DNA of 64,000 bases, taken from an uncultured bacterium. Lineage in GTDB: Bacteria; Fidelibacterota; Marinisomatia; Marinisomatales; UBA1611. This document shows positions 19,368-27,642 of this stretch, piece after piece (position 1 is the first letter of the stretch; every line of letters begins with the position of its first letter). Where the stretch lies: the NCBI GenBank assembly GCA_943788175.1, contig CALSPG010000007.1:160001-224000 (forward strand), read 5' to 3'. The position numbers were made by a program, and so were the translations under genes. The notes under the pieces were generated by a model. The model saw only the letters and a program-made list of their open reading frames with translations, was not told where the DNA came from and searched no databases.

Positions 19368-20042
19368 TTAGCAGTATACTCTTTCCATACCAGATAAAAA
19401 GTTATTTAGCGAAGATAAAGCTAAATCAATAGATTCTAGAGCTTCTTCTTTTTTCAAATCAGTATCACAAACCTCACCCAACAATTCTTTAATTATTTGT
19501 CTATGAATAATATCAGCAGACTTGTGCACTTCAAAAAACTTTAGTGTTTCATCGCCTTCTACTGCGCCATAATATCTTTTTAATCCATCAATTTTATTTT
19601 CAGCTATTTCAGGTATCATAGACTCATAGCAATAAAGCGCACTAAACCCTTTATGATACTTCTCGTCTTTCGATAATTTCATAAAATTAGTTACTAGCTC
19701 TTCAGTCTCTTTGATAGCAGTGGTCTTTTTTACGCTATCCCTATCTTTGCCCATGCCTTCAGCAAAACGCATCCATAATTCAGGATGGTTTTCTTCACCA
19801 CGTTCTTCATCAATAAGATTTTCAAGAATCTCTTGTCTTACATTAATATTATCACAATTTGAATGAATTGATGATAGGTATCTTGGGAAGGCAGCTACAT
19901 GCTTAAAATATTGAGCTGCATATTCTTGGATCACAGATTTTTTTAATTCTCCAGCATTCCAGGCCTTATAGAATGAATGATTAAGCAGGTGATGTTTTTC
20001 AATTTTTCTTTCAATCGTATTTAGAAAGTCAGATTTGTTCAT
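19368..20042 (-). CDS. CADD-family heme-oxygenase-like diiron oxidase (putative self-sacrificing pABA synthase; PqqC/TenA fold)
   Basis: HLLNHSFYKAW, YFKHVAAFPRYLS, NLIDEE..ENHPELW, ALYCYESMIPEIAENKIDGL, FEVHKSADIIH are collinear with Chlamydia CADD as I recall it, including the metal ligands and the Tyr and Lys donor positions. Confidence 0.88.
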   Translation of the reverse strand: MNKSDFLNTIERKIEKHHLLNHSFYKAWNAGELKKSVIQEYAAQYFKHVAAFPRYLSSIHSNCDNINVRQEILENLIDEERGEENHPELWMRFAEGMGKDRDSVKKTTAIKETEELVTNFMKLSKDEKYHKGFSALYCYESMIPEIAENKIDGLKRYYGAVEGDETLKFFEVHKSADIIHRQIIKELLGEVCDTDLKKEEALESIDLALSSLNNFLSGMERVYC

Positions 20043-20075
20043 AGTTTAATTTACTCCGAAGTTTAGTTTATTGAT

Positions 20076-21356
20076 TTAACCAAGCCATATTCCGGCACAG
20101 AAAAATAACCCCGTTAAGAAGTGTAATCCAATAGTTCCTGCATTAGCTGGTTGTAATAATCTGTTATCATAATGTTTGTAGAGGGTTTTTATTGTGAAAA
20201 TACTGTATACAGATGTTATTAGTGAAATTAGTGATAGTGTAGGAAATGTAGTTGGTCTTGTCCAAGCTAAAGCTATGATGCTAACAAATGCACCAACAAC
20301 AAGTGCGACATAGCCTATTCTAGCTTTTTCTGGTCCAAAAACTACTACCAGATTATTTTTCCCTGTTGCTTTATCACCATCATGATCTGGGAATTGATTT
20401 ACAAAAACGATTGCTGCAACTAAAAGTCCAATCGGAATTCCAGCAAGAATAGCATCGTTTATGTGTATCATTTCTCCGCCAGTCTGGACTAAAAAACTCC
20501 CTGCAACCATTAATGGTCCAAAGTTTAGCCCAATCAATAGCTCGCCCAGACCTTTTCGTGATGCAAATCGGAATGGTGGTGCAGTATAAAAGAAACCTGA
20601 TAAAAATCCAATTATTCCTAAGTAAAGAATGCTAATCCCAGCTTTATATATAAGTGGTATTCCTATTAAGGCACTAAGAGCAAATGTTACTATAGCAACG
20701 TTCAGCATGCCTTTGGGTGTTATCAGACCCATTTGAATGCTTCTGCTTCCACCAGAAAACGGAATCATATAATTATAGTTTGCTTCATCAGTACCACTAA
20801 TATGATCATAATAGTCATTAGATGTATTGGTACCAATATGTAGAAAAAACCCTCCTAACATTGTCAGTGTAAAATAAAACCAATCAATATCTACGAATTT
20901 ACTTGCGACTGCAGCTCCTAATAATATGGGAACGATAGTTGCTGTCAAAAATGGTAACCTCATTATTACCATCCAACTAAATAGTTTTGTTGCAAAACTT
21001 ATTTTTGGTCGAACATCCGCTGGCGTTTTATCATGAAGAGGAGATGTGACACCGCAATATCCAATATGGTTTCCACCACTGTCTTTTGTTGGCGTTATTT
21101 TTATTTTACATGGCATTTCATGACCATCTTTGTGTAGAAAAACTGTGTTTCCTTCCCAGGCGCCTTTTTCAACTGATTCAGCTAACCAATTTACAACATG
21201 ACCCAAAACTATTTGACCAGCACTAAAATCACTAACGCGGCCTTTACCAATTATTTCATCTTCTGTGTATCCGAACATATCTTGTGCGCCAGAACTAAAT
21301 GTCTCAATTTTTCCATCTAAATCACACGTGATTACACTTTTTAAATTTTTACTCAT
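20076..21356 (-). CDS. menA: PAS domain fused to a MenA/UbiA-family prenyltransferase
   Basis: Residues ~1-105 form a PAS fold (VITCDLDGKI..F..GAQDMFGYTEDEIIG...WEG....HKDG); the rest is MenA-like (RLPFLTATIVP, NTSNDYYDHISGTD, NQFPDHDGDKATGK). The gene symbol is tentative. Confidence 0.8.
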   Translation of the reverse strand: MSKNLKSVITCDLDGKIETFSSGAQDMFGYTEDEIIGKGRVSDFSAGQIVLGHVVNWLAESVEKGAWEGNTVFLHKDGHEMPCKIKITPTKDSGGNHIGYCGVTSPLHDKTPADVRPKISFATKLFSWMVIMRLPFLTATIVPILLGAAVASKFVDIDWFYFTLTMLGGFFLHIGTNTSNDYYDHISGTDEANYNYMIPFSGGSRSIQMGLITPKGMLNVAIVTFALSALIGIPLIYKAGISILYLGIIGFLSGFFYTAPPFRFASRKGLGELLIGLNFGPLMVAGSFLVQTGGEMIHINDAILAGIPIGLLVAAIVFVNQFPDHDGDKATGKNNLVVVFGPEKARIGYVALVVGAFVSIIALAWTRPTTFPTLSLISLITSVYSIFTIKTLYKHYDNRLLQPANAGTIGLHFLTGLFFCAGIWLG

Positions 21357-21444
21357 ATCTTAACTATTCCTTCTATTATACGAATTTATAATAATATAAA
21401 TTTAGCTATCATAAATTTCTAAGAACGAAACAAATTTTAAAAAA

Positions 21445-22752
21445 ATGGGCACACCTGCAAAAAAAATAGCTTTTCATACATTGGGATGTAAGCTCAATTT
21501 TTCTGAAACCTCTTCTCTATCCAGAGACTCCTTAAGATATGGTTATGAGAATGTAAATTCAAAAGAATTTGCAGATATATATGTTTTCAACACTTGTTCT
21601 GTAACAGAAAATGCAAATAAGGAAACAAAAAAATTAATAAGAAGAAGTAAACGCATTAACCCTAAGGCTTTCATTGCTTTGATAGGGTGTTATGCCCAAT
21701 TAAAGCCAGAAGAACTAATAAATATTGATGATGTAAATATGGTTTTAGGTACTGCTGAAAAATTTGAGTTATTAAATCATTTAGACAAAGTAAAGATTTC
21801 AAATGATATAAAGGTTGTAATGAATAAAGATATAACTGAGATTAACTCATTCAATCCTTCGTTCTCGGGAGATGACAGAACTAGGGCTTTTTTAAAAGTT
21901 CAAGATGGCTGTGATTATAGCTGTACGTTTTGTACAATTCCTATGGCTAGAGGAAAAAGTAGAAGCGCTTCAATCAGCCAAACAGTTAATCTTGCAAAGA
22001 CAATAACAAAATCTAAAACAAAAGAAATAGTTCTTACTGGAGTAAACATAGGAGATTTTGGTGTATATAATAATGAATCATTTTTTGAACTAATAAAAGA
22101 AATAGATTTACAAGTAGACATCGATAGAGTTCGAATTTCATCTATTGAGCCAAACCTACTGTCAAATGGAATAATTGAATTTTGTTTTAATTCAGAAAAA
22201 TTTATGCCACATTTTCATATTCCACTGCAATCAGGATCAGATAAAATTCTTAAATCAATGAAGAGAAGATATAAAGTTGAAGACTTTAAAAGCCGTATTA
22301 ATACAATTAAAAATTTAGATAGTGATGCCTGCATAGGCGTAGATGTAATTGTTGGTTACCCATCAGAAACTGAAGAAGATTTTATCGAAACATATGAGTT
22401 TTTAAAAAATCAAGATGTTTCTTATTTACATGTTTTCACCTATTCTGAAAGAGAAAATACTAAAGCCATAGATTTTAAACCTGCAGTACCTTTTAAAGAA
22501 AGATTTAACAGATCTAAATTATTACGTGAGCTTTCAGATCAAAAAAAAGCTCAATTTTATAAAAAATCGGTTGGGGATATTAGGCCCTTACTTGTTGAAA
22601 ATAATAAAAATGGTATCTTATTTGGATATACTGATAACTATGTAAAAATAAAGATTAATGCAGCAAGTTCTATTGAAAACACTATTCAAATGGTAAATAT
22701 TTTAGATTTTAGAGGAGAATACATGTTTGGTGAAATTATAGCCGCAGGTTAA
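21445..22752 (+). CDS. mtaB: tRNA threonylcarbamoyladenosine methylthiotransferase (radical SAM)
   Basis: HTLGCKLNFSE, NTCSVT, GCYAQ, KVQDGCDYSCTFCTIP, HFHIPLQSGSD, LHVFTYSER, GYTDNY. Confidence 0.93.
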   Translation: MGTPAKKIAFHTLGCKLNFSETSSLSRDSLRYGYENVNSKEFADIYVFNTCSVTENANKETKKLIRRSKRINPKAFIALIGCYAQLKPEELINIDDVNMVLGTAEKFELLNHLDKVKISNDIKVVMNKDITEINSFNPSFSGDDRTRAFLKVQDGCDYSCTFCTIPMARGKSRSASISQTVNLAKTITKSKTKEIVLTGVNIGDFGVYNNESFFELIKEIDLQVDIDRVRISSIEPNLLSNGIIEFCFNSEKFMPHFHIPLQSGSDKILKSMKRRYKVEDFKSRINTIKNLDSDACIGVDVIVGYPSETEEDFIETYEFLKNQDVSYLHVFTYSERENTKAIDFKPAVPFKERFNRSKLLRELSDQKKAQFYKKSVGDIRPLLVENNKNGILFGYTDNYVKIKINAASSIENTIQMVNILDFRGEYMFGEIIAAG

Positions 22753-23531
22753 TTTTTTTCAATTTCAGATAAAATTTCATTCCAGAACTTAATTCTGGAT
22801 TTCATTACATCTTTACCACATTTAATGCATTCCTTCCATTTTATTTCATCATCCCCGCAAATCTCTTTAATCATCTTTAATGCTAATGGTGTATGCTCAT
22901 CTTCGTCTAAACCAATGTGCCTATCCAAGTAGTAGATAAATGACTTAAGGTTTGCACTAGAATTATTATTTAAATCAGAGACTAATTCTCGAAACATATC
23001 AGGAATTATTTCCTCCCTACCCAAAGTAAAAATTGTTGCTGTTAAGTGGGGTAAACCTGATTCTATATATTTAAAAGTATCTAGAACAAAATTTTCAGCT
23101 GGTTTAGGTGCATTGGAAGTTATCAAAGAAGAGTGTACACCCTTAGAATCAAGTCCTTTTAAAAAGTTTTCTATGCTTGTTGTATTTGCACCGGCTTCTT
23201 TCATAGCATGATAATATATTTCAAAATGACTTAGGTGTTGTCCATAACGATCAATATCTGATTCCTCTGCAAGAACTATTTCATTTAATAGCCTTGATAA
23301 GTTGCCATTACTTTTCGGTCTCCAAGGTATTTCTATGCAGGTAAATTCTCTTTGAAGTGATTTAAGCACTGACATAAAGTCCCACACAGCGTAAACATGA
23401 TTTTGCATAAAAATGTGTAAGTGTTTTTCTGTTTTTATAGCACTATATAAAGGGTGCGTTTTTAGTGCAGTTCTTTCTTGTTGGGTTTCATCAAGAATGT
23501 TTAACAGATTGTTTTTCAGTAGTCTGAACAT
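22749..23531 (-). CDS. DUF3050-family heme-oxygenase-like (putative diiron) protein
   Basis: HPLY, FMQNHVYAVWDFMSVLKSLQ, NEIVLAEESD, SHFEIY, GREEIIPDMF, YYLDRHIGLDEDEH motifs. Confidence 0.85.
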   Translation of the reverse strand: MFRLLKNNLLNILDETQQERTALKTHPLYSAIKTEKHLHIFMQNHVYAVWDFMSVLKSLQREFTCIEIPWRPKSNGNLSRLLNEIVLAEESDIDRYGQHLSHFEIYYHAMKEAGANTTSIENFLKGLDSKGVHSSLITSNAPKPAENFVLDTFKYIESGLPHLTATIFTLGREEIIPDMFRELVSDLNNNSSANLKSFIYYLDRHIGLDEDEHTPLALKMIKEICGDDEIKWKECIKCGKDVMKSRIKFWNEILSEIEKN

Positions 23532-26350
23532 TATTTTTTATATTCATCGATTGAAGGGCACGTACAAACAAGGTTTCTATCTCCATATGCATTATCTATT
23601 CGCCCAACAGGCGGCCAATATTTATGGTCTTTTTGATATTCTGTTGGGTATGCTGCAACACTTCTTGAATATTTATGGGCCCAAGAATCTGAAGAAATAT
23701 AAAGAGCTGTATGAGGAGCATTTTTTAATGGATTATCAGACAAGTTAGCATTTTCAATGATCTCTTTTTTTATTGATATTAACGCATCGCAAAATTGATC
23801 GAGCTCATTTTTAGATTCACTTTCTGTTGGTTCAATCATCATCGTTCCAGGAACCGGCCATGACATCGTCGGTGCATGGTAACCATAATCCATTAATCGC
23901 TTCGCAACATCTTCTTCGCTTATTCCAAATTCTTTTTTTATAGGTCTAATATCAATAATAAATTCATGAGCATTGTATCCGTCTTTCTCTCTAAATAATA
24001 TTTCATAATGCGGGCTAAGTTTTTCAGCCATGTAATTAGCATTCAATATTGCAACTTTTGTTGCCTTTATTAGGCCCTTGGTATTTAGTAGGGCAATATA
24101 AGTCCAAGAGATGAGCAAAATACTGCTACTCCCAAAAGGAGCGGAAGAGACAGGGCTAATAGCATTGTTATCTTTGCTTTTTAGATAAGGATGGGTTGGT
24201 AAAAATTTAGAAAGGTGTTCTTTGCAGACAATTGGTCCCATACCAGGACCGCCACCACCATGAGGTATGCAAAAGGTTTTGTGGAGATTAATATGCATTA
24301 CATCTCCTCCGAACTCGCCAGGTTTACAAATACCTACCATCGCATTTAAGTTTGCACCATCTATATAAACTTGCCCACCATGAAGATGAACTATTTCACA
24401 TGCTTCTCTAATTTCACTTTCAAAGATACCATGCGTAGATGGATAGGTTAACATAATGCAGGATAAATTTTTTGAGTGCAATTCTGCTTTTTCTTTGAGA
24501 TTTTGTAAATCAATATTTCCATTTTCATCACATGATATTATCTCTACTGACATACCTGCCATTATTGCACTAGCGGGGTTTGTACCGTGGGCTGAATCTG
24601 GGACTAAGCAGATGTTTCGATGTTTGTTACCACAACTATTGTGGTAAGCTCTTATCACAAGAAGTCCTGTGTATTCTCCTTGTGCTCCAGAATTTGGTTG
24701 TAGAGAACAGTCATCAAAACCAGTCAATTTTGATAACCAACTTTTCAAATCTTTAAATAATGTTAGATATCCTTTAACTTGTTCCAATGGTGCAAAAGGA
24801 TGGATATCACTAAACTCTGGCCATGTTACGGGGACCATTTCCGTTGTCGCATTTAATTTCATAGTGCAAGAGCCAAGAGGAATCATGCTCGTATTAAGCG
24901 ATAAATCTTTAGTTTCCAATTTATGAATATATCTTAACATTTCTGTTTCTGAATGGTATTTGTTAAAAACTTCATGTTCTAAATAATTAGAACCTCTTTT
25001 TAGTTGTTTAGGAAAATCATAATAAGAGGTCTCATTAGTTTTTAAAACACCAAATATTTTACAAATTTTATCGATGTCTTTCTGATTTGTAGTTTCATCA
25101 ATAGAAATACCGACGCTTCGATCTTGATACGTTCTAAAATTATAATTTTCATTATGAGCTAATTTTTCCCAATCATTACTGGGCTTAAATCGGATAGTAT
25201 CAAAAAAGTTATTATAGAAGACTTTAATTCCTCCATCTTTTAGCGATGATGATAGCTGCTGACATAAATTTTTGACATTATTTGCTATAGCCCTAATATT
25301 ATTAGGTCCGTGATATACAGCATACATTGATGACATAATTGCCAACAAGACTTGGGATGTGCAAATATTTGAAGTTGCTTTTTCTCTCCTAATATGTTGC
25401 TCTCTAGTCTGTAATGCCATTCGCAAAGCTCTGTTGCCATATTTATCGGTTGAAACACCTATTATTCTTCCTGGGATTTTTCTTTTAAATTTTTCTGTTG
25501 TTGAAAAGAAAGCCGCATGAGGACCACCAAAACCAAAAGGGACACCAAATCTTTGTGCGTTTCCAACACAGGCATCAGCGCCAAGTTCTCCTGGCGTTTT
25601 TAATATGCTCAGTGCGAGTAGGTCGCTAGCAAGACATGTAAAAATTTTATGGTTTTTTGCATCGGCGATTAAGTTTGAGTAATCAGTAATATTCCCATCA
25701 GTGGAAGGATACTGAAGTAGCATGCCAAAAATAGAGTTATCAAAAATAAATTCAGTTTCATTATCAATAATTAATTTTATGCCCAAAGGTTCAGCTCTAG
25801 TTTTAAGGACTTCTATTGTTTGAGGATGGCACCCAGTTGAAATTAAAAACTTATTTTTTTCTTGTGCATTTGTGGCATTATAGAACATTGCCATTGCCTC
25901 GGCAGCTGCGGTCCCTTCATCAAGGAGAGATGCATTAGAAATTGGCAAACCAGTTGAACTAGAAACTAGGGTTTGAAAATTTAGCAATGCTTCTAAACGG
26001 CCTTGGCTTATTTCTGCTTGATATGGAGTATACTGAGTATACCAACCAGGATTTTCAAAAATATTTCTTTTAATAACGTTAGGAATAATTGTACCATAAT
26101 AGCCTTGGCCTATAAAAGATTTTAAAACGGTATTTTCTTGAGCATACTTTTTTAGTTTTTTTAAAACTTCGTTTTCTGAATAGTTAGTATCAATCAACTC
26201 CTCATTAAGTGGCGAATATATATCTTTTGGCACTGTTTTCTCAATTAGGTCATCAATGCTTTTGAGTTTCATTGATTTAAGCATGTCTTTAATATCGGAA
26301 TTGCTAGGACCGATATGTCTATTTAAAAAAGTAAATTTATTATTATCCAT
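23531..26350 (-). CDS. gcvP: Glycine dehydrogenase (decarboxylating), single-chain P protein
   Basis: WYTQYTPYQAEISQGRLE, QHIRREKATSNICT, MIPLGSCTMKLN, HINLHKTF PLP-lysine, PHGGGGPG. Confidence 0.98.
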   Translation of the reverse strand: MDNNKFTFLNRHIGPSNSDIKDMLKSMKLKSIDDLIEKTVPKDIYSPLNEELIDTNYSENEVLKKLKKYAQENTVLKSFIGQGYYGTIIPNVIKRNIFENPGWYTQYTPYQAEISQGRLEALLNFQTLVSSSTGLPISNASLLDEGTAAAEAMAMFYNATNAQEKNKFLISTGCHPQTIEVLKTRAEPLGIKLIIDNETEFIFDNSIFGMLLQYPSTDGNITDYSNLIADAKNHKIFTCLASDLLALSILKTPGELGADACVGNAQRFGVPFGFGGPHAAFFSTTEKFKRKIPGRIIGVSTDKYGNRALRMALQTREQHIRREKATSNICTSQVLLAIMSSMYAVYHGPNNIRAIANNVKNLCQQLSSSLKDGGIKVFYNNFFDTIRFKPSNDWEKLAHNENYNFRTYQDRSVGISIDETTNQKDIDKICKIFGVLKTNETSYYDFPKQLKRGSNYLEHEVFNKYHSETEMLRYIHKLETKDLSLNTSMIPLGSCTMKLNATTEMVPVTWPEFSDIHPFAPLEQVKGYLTLFKDLKSWLSKLTGFDDCSLQPNSGAQGEYTGLLVIRAYHNSCGNKHRNICLVPDSAHGTNPASAIMAGMSVEIISCDENGNIDLQNLKEKAELHSKNLSCIMLTYPSTHGIFESEIREACEIVHLHGGQVYIDGANLNAMVGICKPGEFGGDVMHINLHKTFCIPHGGGGPGMGPIVCKEHLSKFLPTHPYLKSKDNNAISPVSSAPFGSSSILLISWTYIALLNTKGLIKATKVAILNANYMAEKLSPHYEILFREKDGYNAHEFIIDIRPIKKEFGISEEDVAKRLMDYGYHAPTMSWPVPGTMMIEPTESESKNELDQFCDALISIKKEIIENANLSDNPLKNAPHTALYISSDSWAHKYSRSVAAYPTEYQKDHKYWPPVGRIDNAYGDRNLVCTCPSIDEYKK

Positions 26351-26558
26351 AAGTTTTTTTGTATAATGATTTGTATTTCAAAGGTCAAATTTATGTCAAT
26401 ATATGTTTTAATTTCGAAACATATAATCTTGAAATTATAATTAAAAATATAGTTTTTAATTAGATAACTTATGAAGAAGAATTATATAGAATAAACTCTC
26501 TTATTGTATTTTAATGAAAAGTGTCAATGAAAAATAAAATTTTAAACAAGGGGAAAGA

Positions 26559-27260
26559 ATGCCAATAACTAGACTTGTTGAATTACAAGATATCGATTCT
26601 CAATTAGAAGACTTGAATAGCTTATTAGGAGATTTACCTAAGATGGTTGAGGAATTGAACGAAAAAGAAAATAGTATAAAAAATAAAATTGAAGTAGATA
26701 AAATAAACTTAAAAGACATCAACCTGAATACGAGTAAGTCTGAAACTGCAAATGTAGAGATACAAAGCAAAATAGATAAACTCACTGACCAGCTATTTTT
26801 GGTTACGAACAATAAACAATATGATGCATTAACGAACGAAATTGAGCACCTAAAAGCACAAAAAGAAGAACATGAAACGCTATTAATTACGTATTTAGAA
26901 GACAAAGAAACATTAGAAGAAAATGTAAAAAATAACGAGTCTTCTTTAGAAGAATTAAAAACTGATTTAGAGTCAAGACGAAATAAATTAGATAAAGCGC
27001 TATCAGAAACATCTGAAGAAAAAAAATCTCTGGAGAACTCTCGCCAAAAACAAATTGTAGAAATTGATGAAAAGATTATGTTTACTTATAACAAAGTAAT
27101 TTCAGCCAGGTCTGGTGTTGCTGTTGTCCCTCTTTCTGGAGGTGCTTGTGGTGGTTGTGGTGCCGCATTGCCCCCGCAAAGATCATCAGAAATTAGAGCT
27201 GGAGATTTACACAACTGTGATAGCTGTGGGCGGTTTGTCTATAGTAAAAAAATTAATTGA
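26559..27260 (+). CDS. Coiled-coil protein with C4 zinc ribbon (DUF164/CT398/HP0958-like)
   Basis: LVELQDID N-terminus, long coiled coil with NNKQYDALTNEIE, C-terminal CGGC...CDSCGR. Confidence 0.88.
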   Translation: MPITRLVELQDIDSQLEDLNSLLGDLPKMVEELNEKENSIKNKIEVDKINLKDINLNTSKSETANVEIQSKIDKLTDQLFLVTNNKQYDALTNEIEHLKAQKEEHETLLITYLEDKETLEENVKNNESSLEELKTDLESRRNKLDKALSETSEEKKSLENSRQKQIVEIDEKIMFTYNKVISARSGVAVVPLSGGACGGCGAALPPQRSSEIRAGDLHNCDSCGRFVYSKKIN

Positions 27261-27615
27261 GTTAGTTGGATGATTGCTCCATCAAAAATAAATTTTAATG
27301 GAGAGGAAAGTCCGGGCACCGCAGAACATAAAGCCTTTTAACAAAAGGAATCCGTAAGGATATGGAAAGTGCAGCAGAAAATAAACCGCCTGTCAAAAGG
27401 CAAGGGTGAAAAGGTGGTGTAAGAGACCACCAGTCTTTCTTTAAATAGATTGAGCTTGTAAACCCCTTTAGGTGCAAGGTTGAATAGTTTCAAAGATGTT
27501 GTTCGCATCACTTGATGAACGGGTAAATCGCTTCAGCTTAATGGCAACATTAAGCGCAGACAAATGATCATCTATCCCTTTTTGGGTGGACAGGACTCGG
27601 CTTATAGACTAACTC
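27259..27615 (+). ncRNA. rnpB: RNase P RNA, bacterial type A
   Basis: GAGGAAAGTCCGGGC, GGAAAGTGCAGCAGAAA, GGGTGAAA, GTAAACCC, AGACAAATGAT, ACAGGACTCGGCTTA; P1 ends GAGTTAGT / ACTAACTC are complementary; P18-like GCTTAATG-GCAA-CATTAAGC hairpin. Confidence 0.96.
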
Positions 27616-27642
27616 AAAATTTAATTTAATGAGAGAGCATTT

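Noticed and set aside
26351-26558. Possible glycine riboswitch upstream of gcvP
   Set aside because: The spacer is extremely AT-rich and I see no GGAGA...CCGAAG-type aptamer core or stable stems on the minus strand.
27295-27477. 60-aa minus-strand ORF
   Set aside because: Lies wholly antisense within the RNase P RNA gene.
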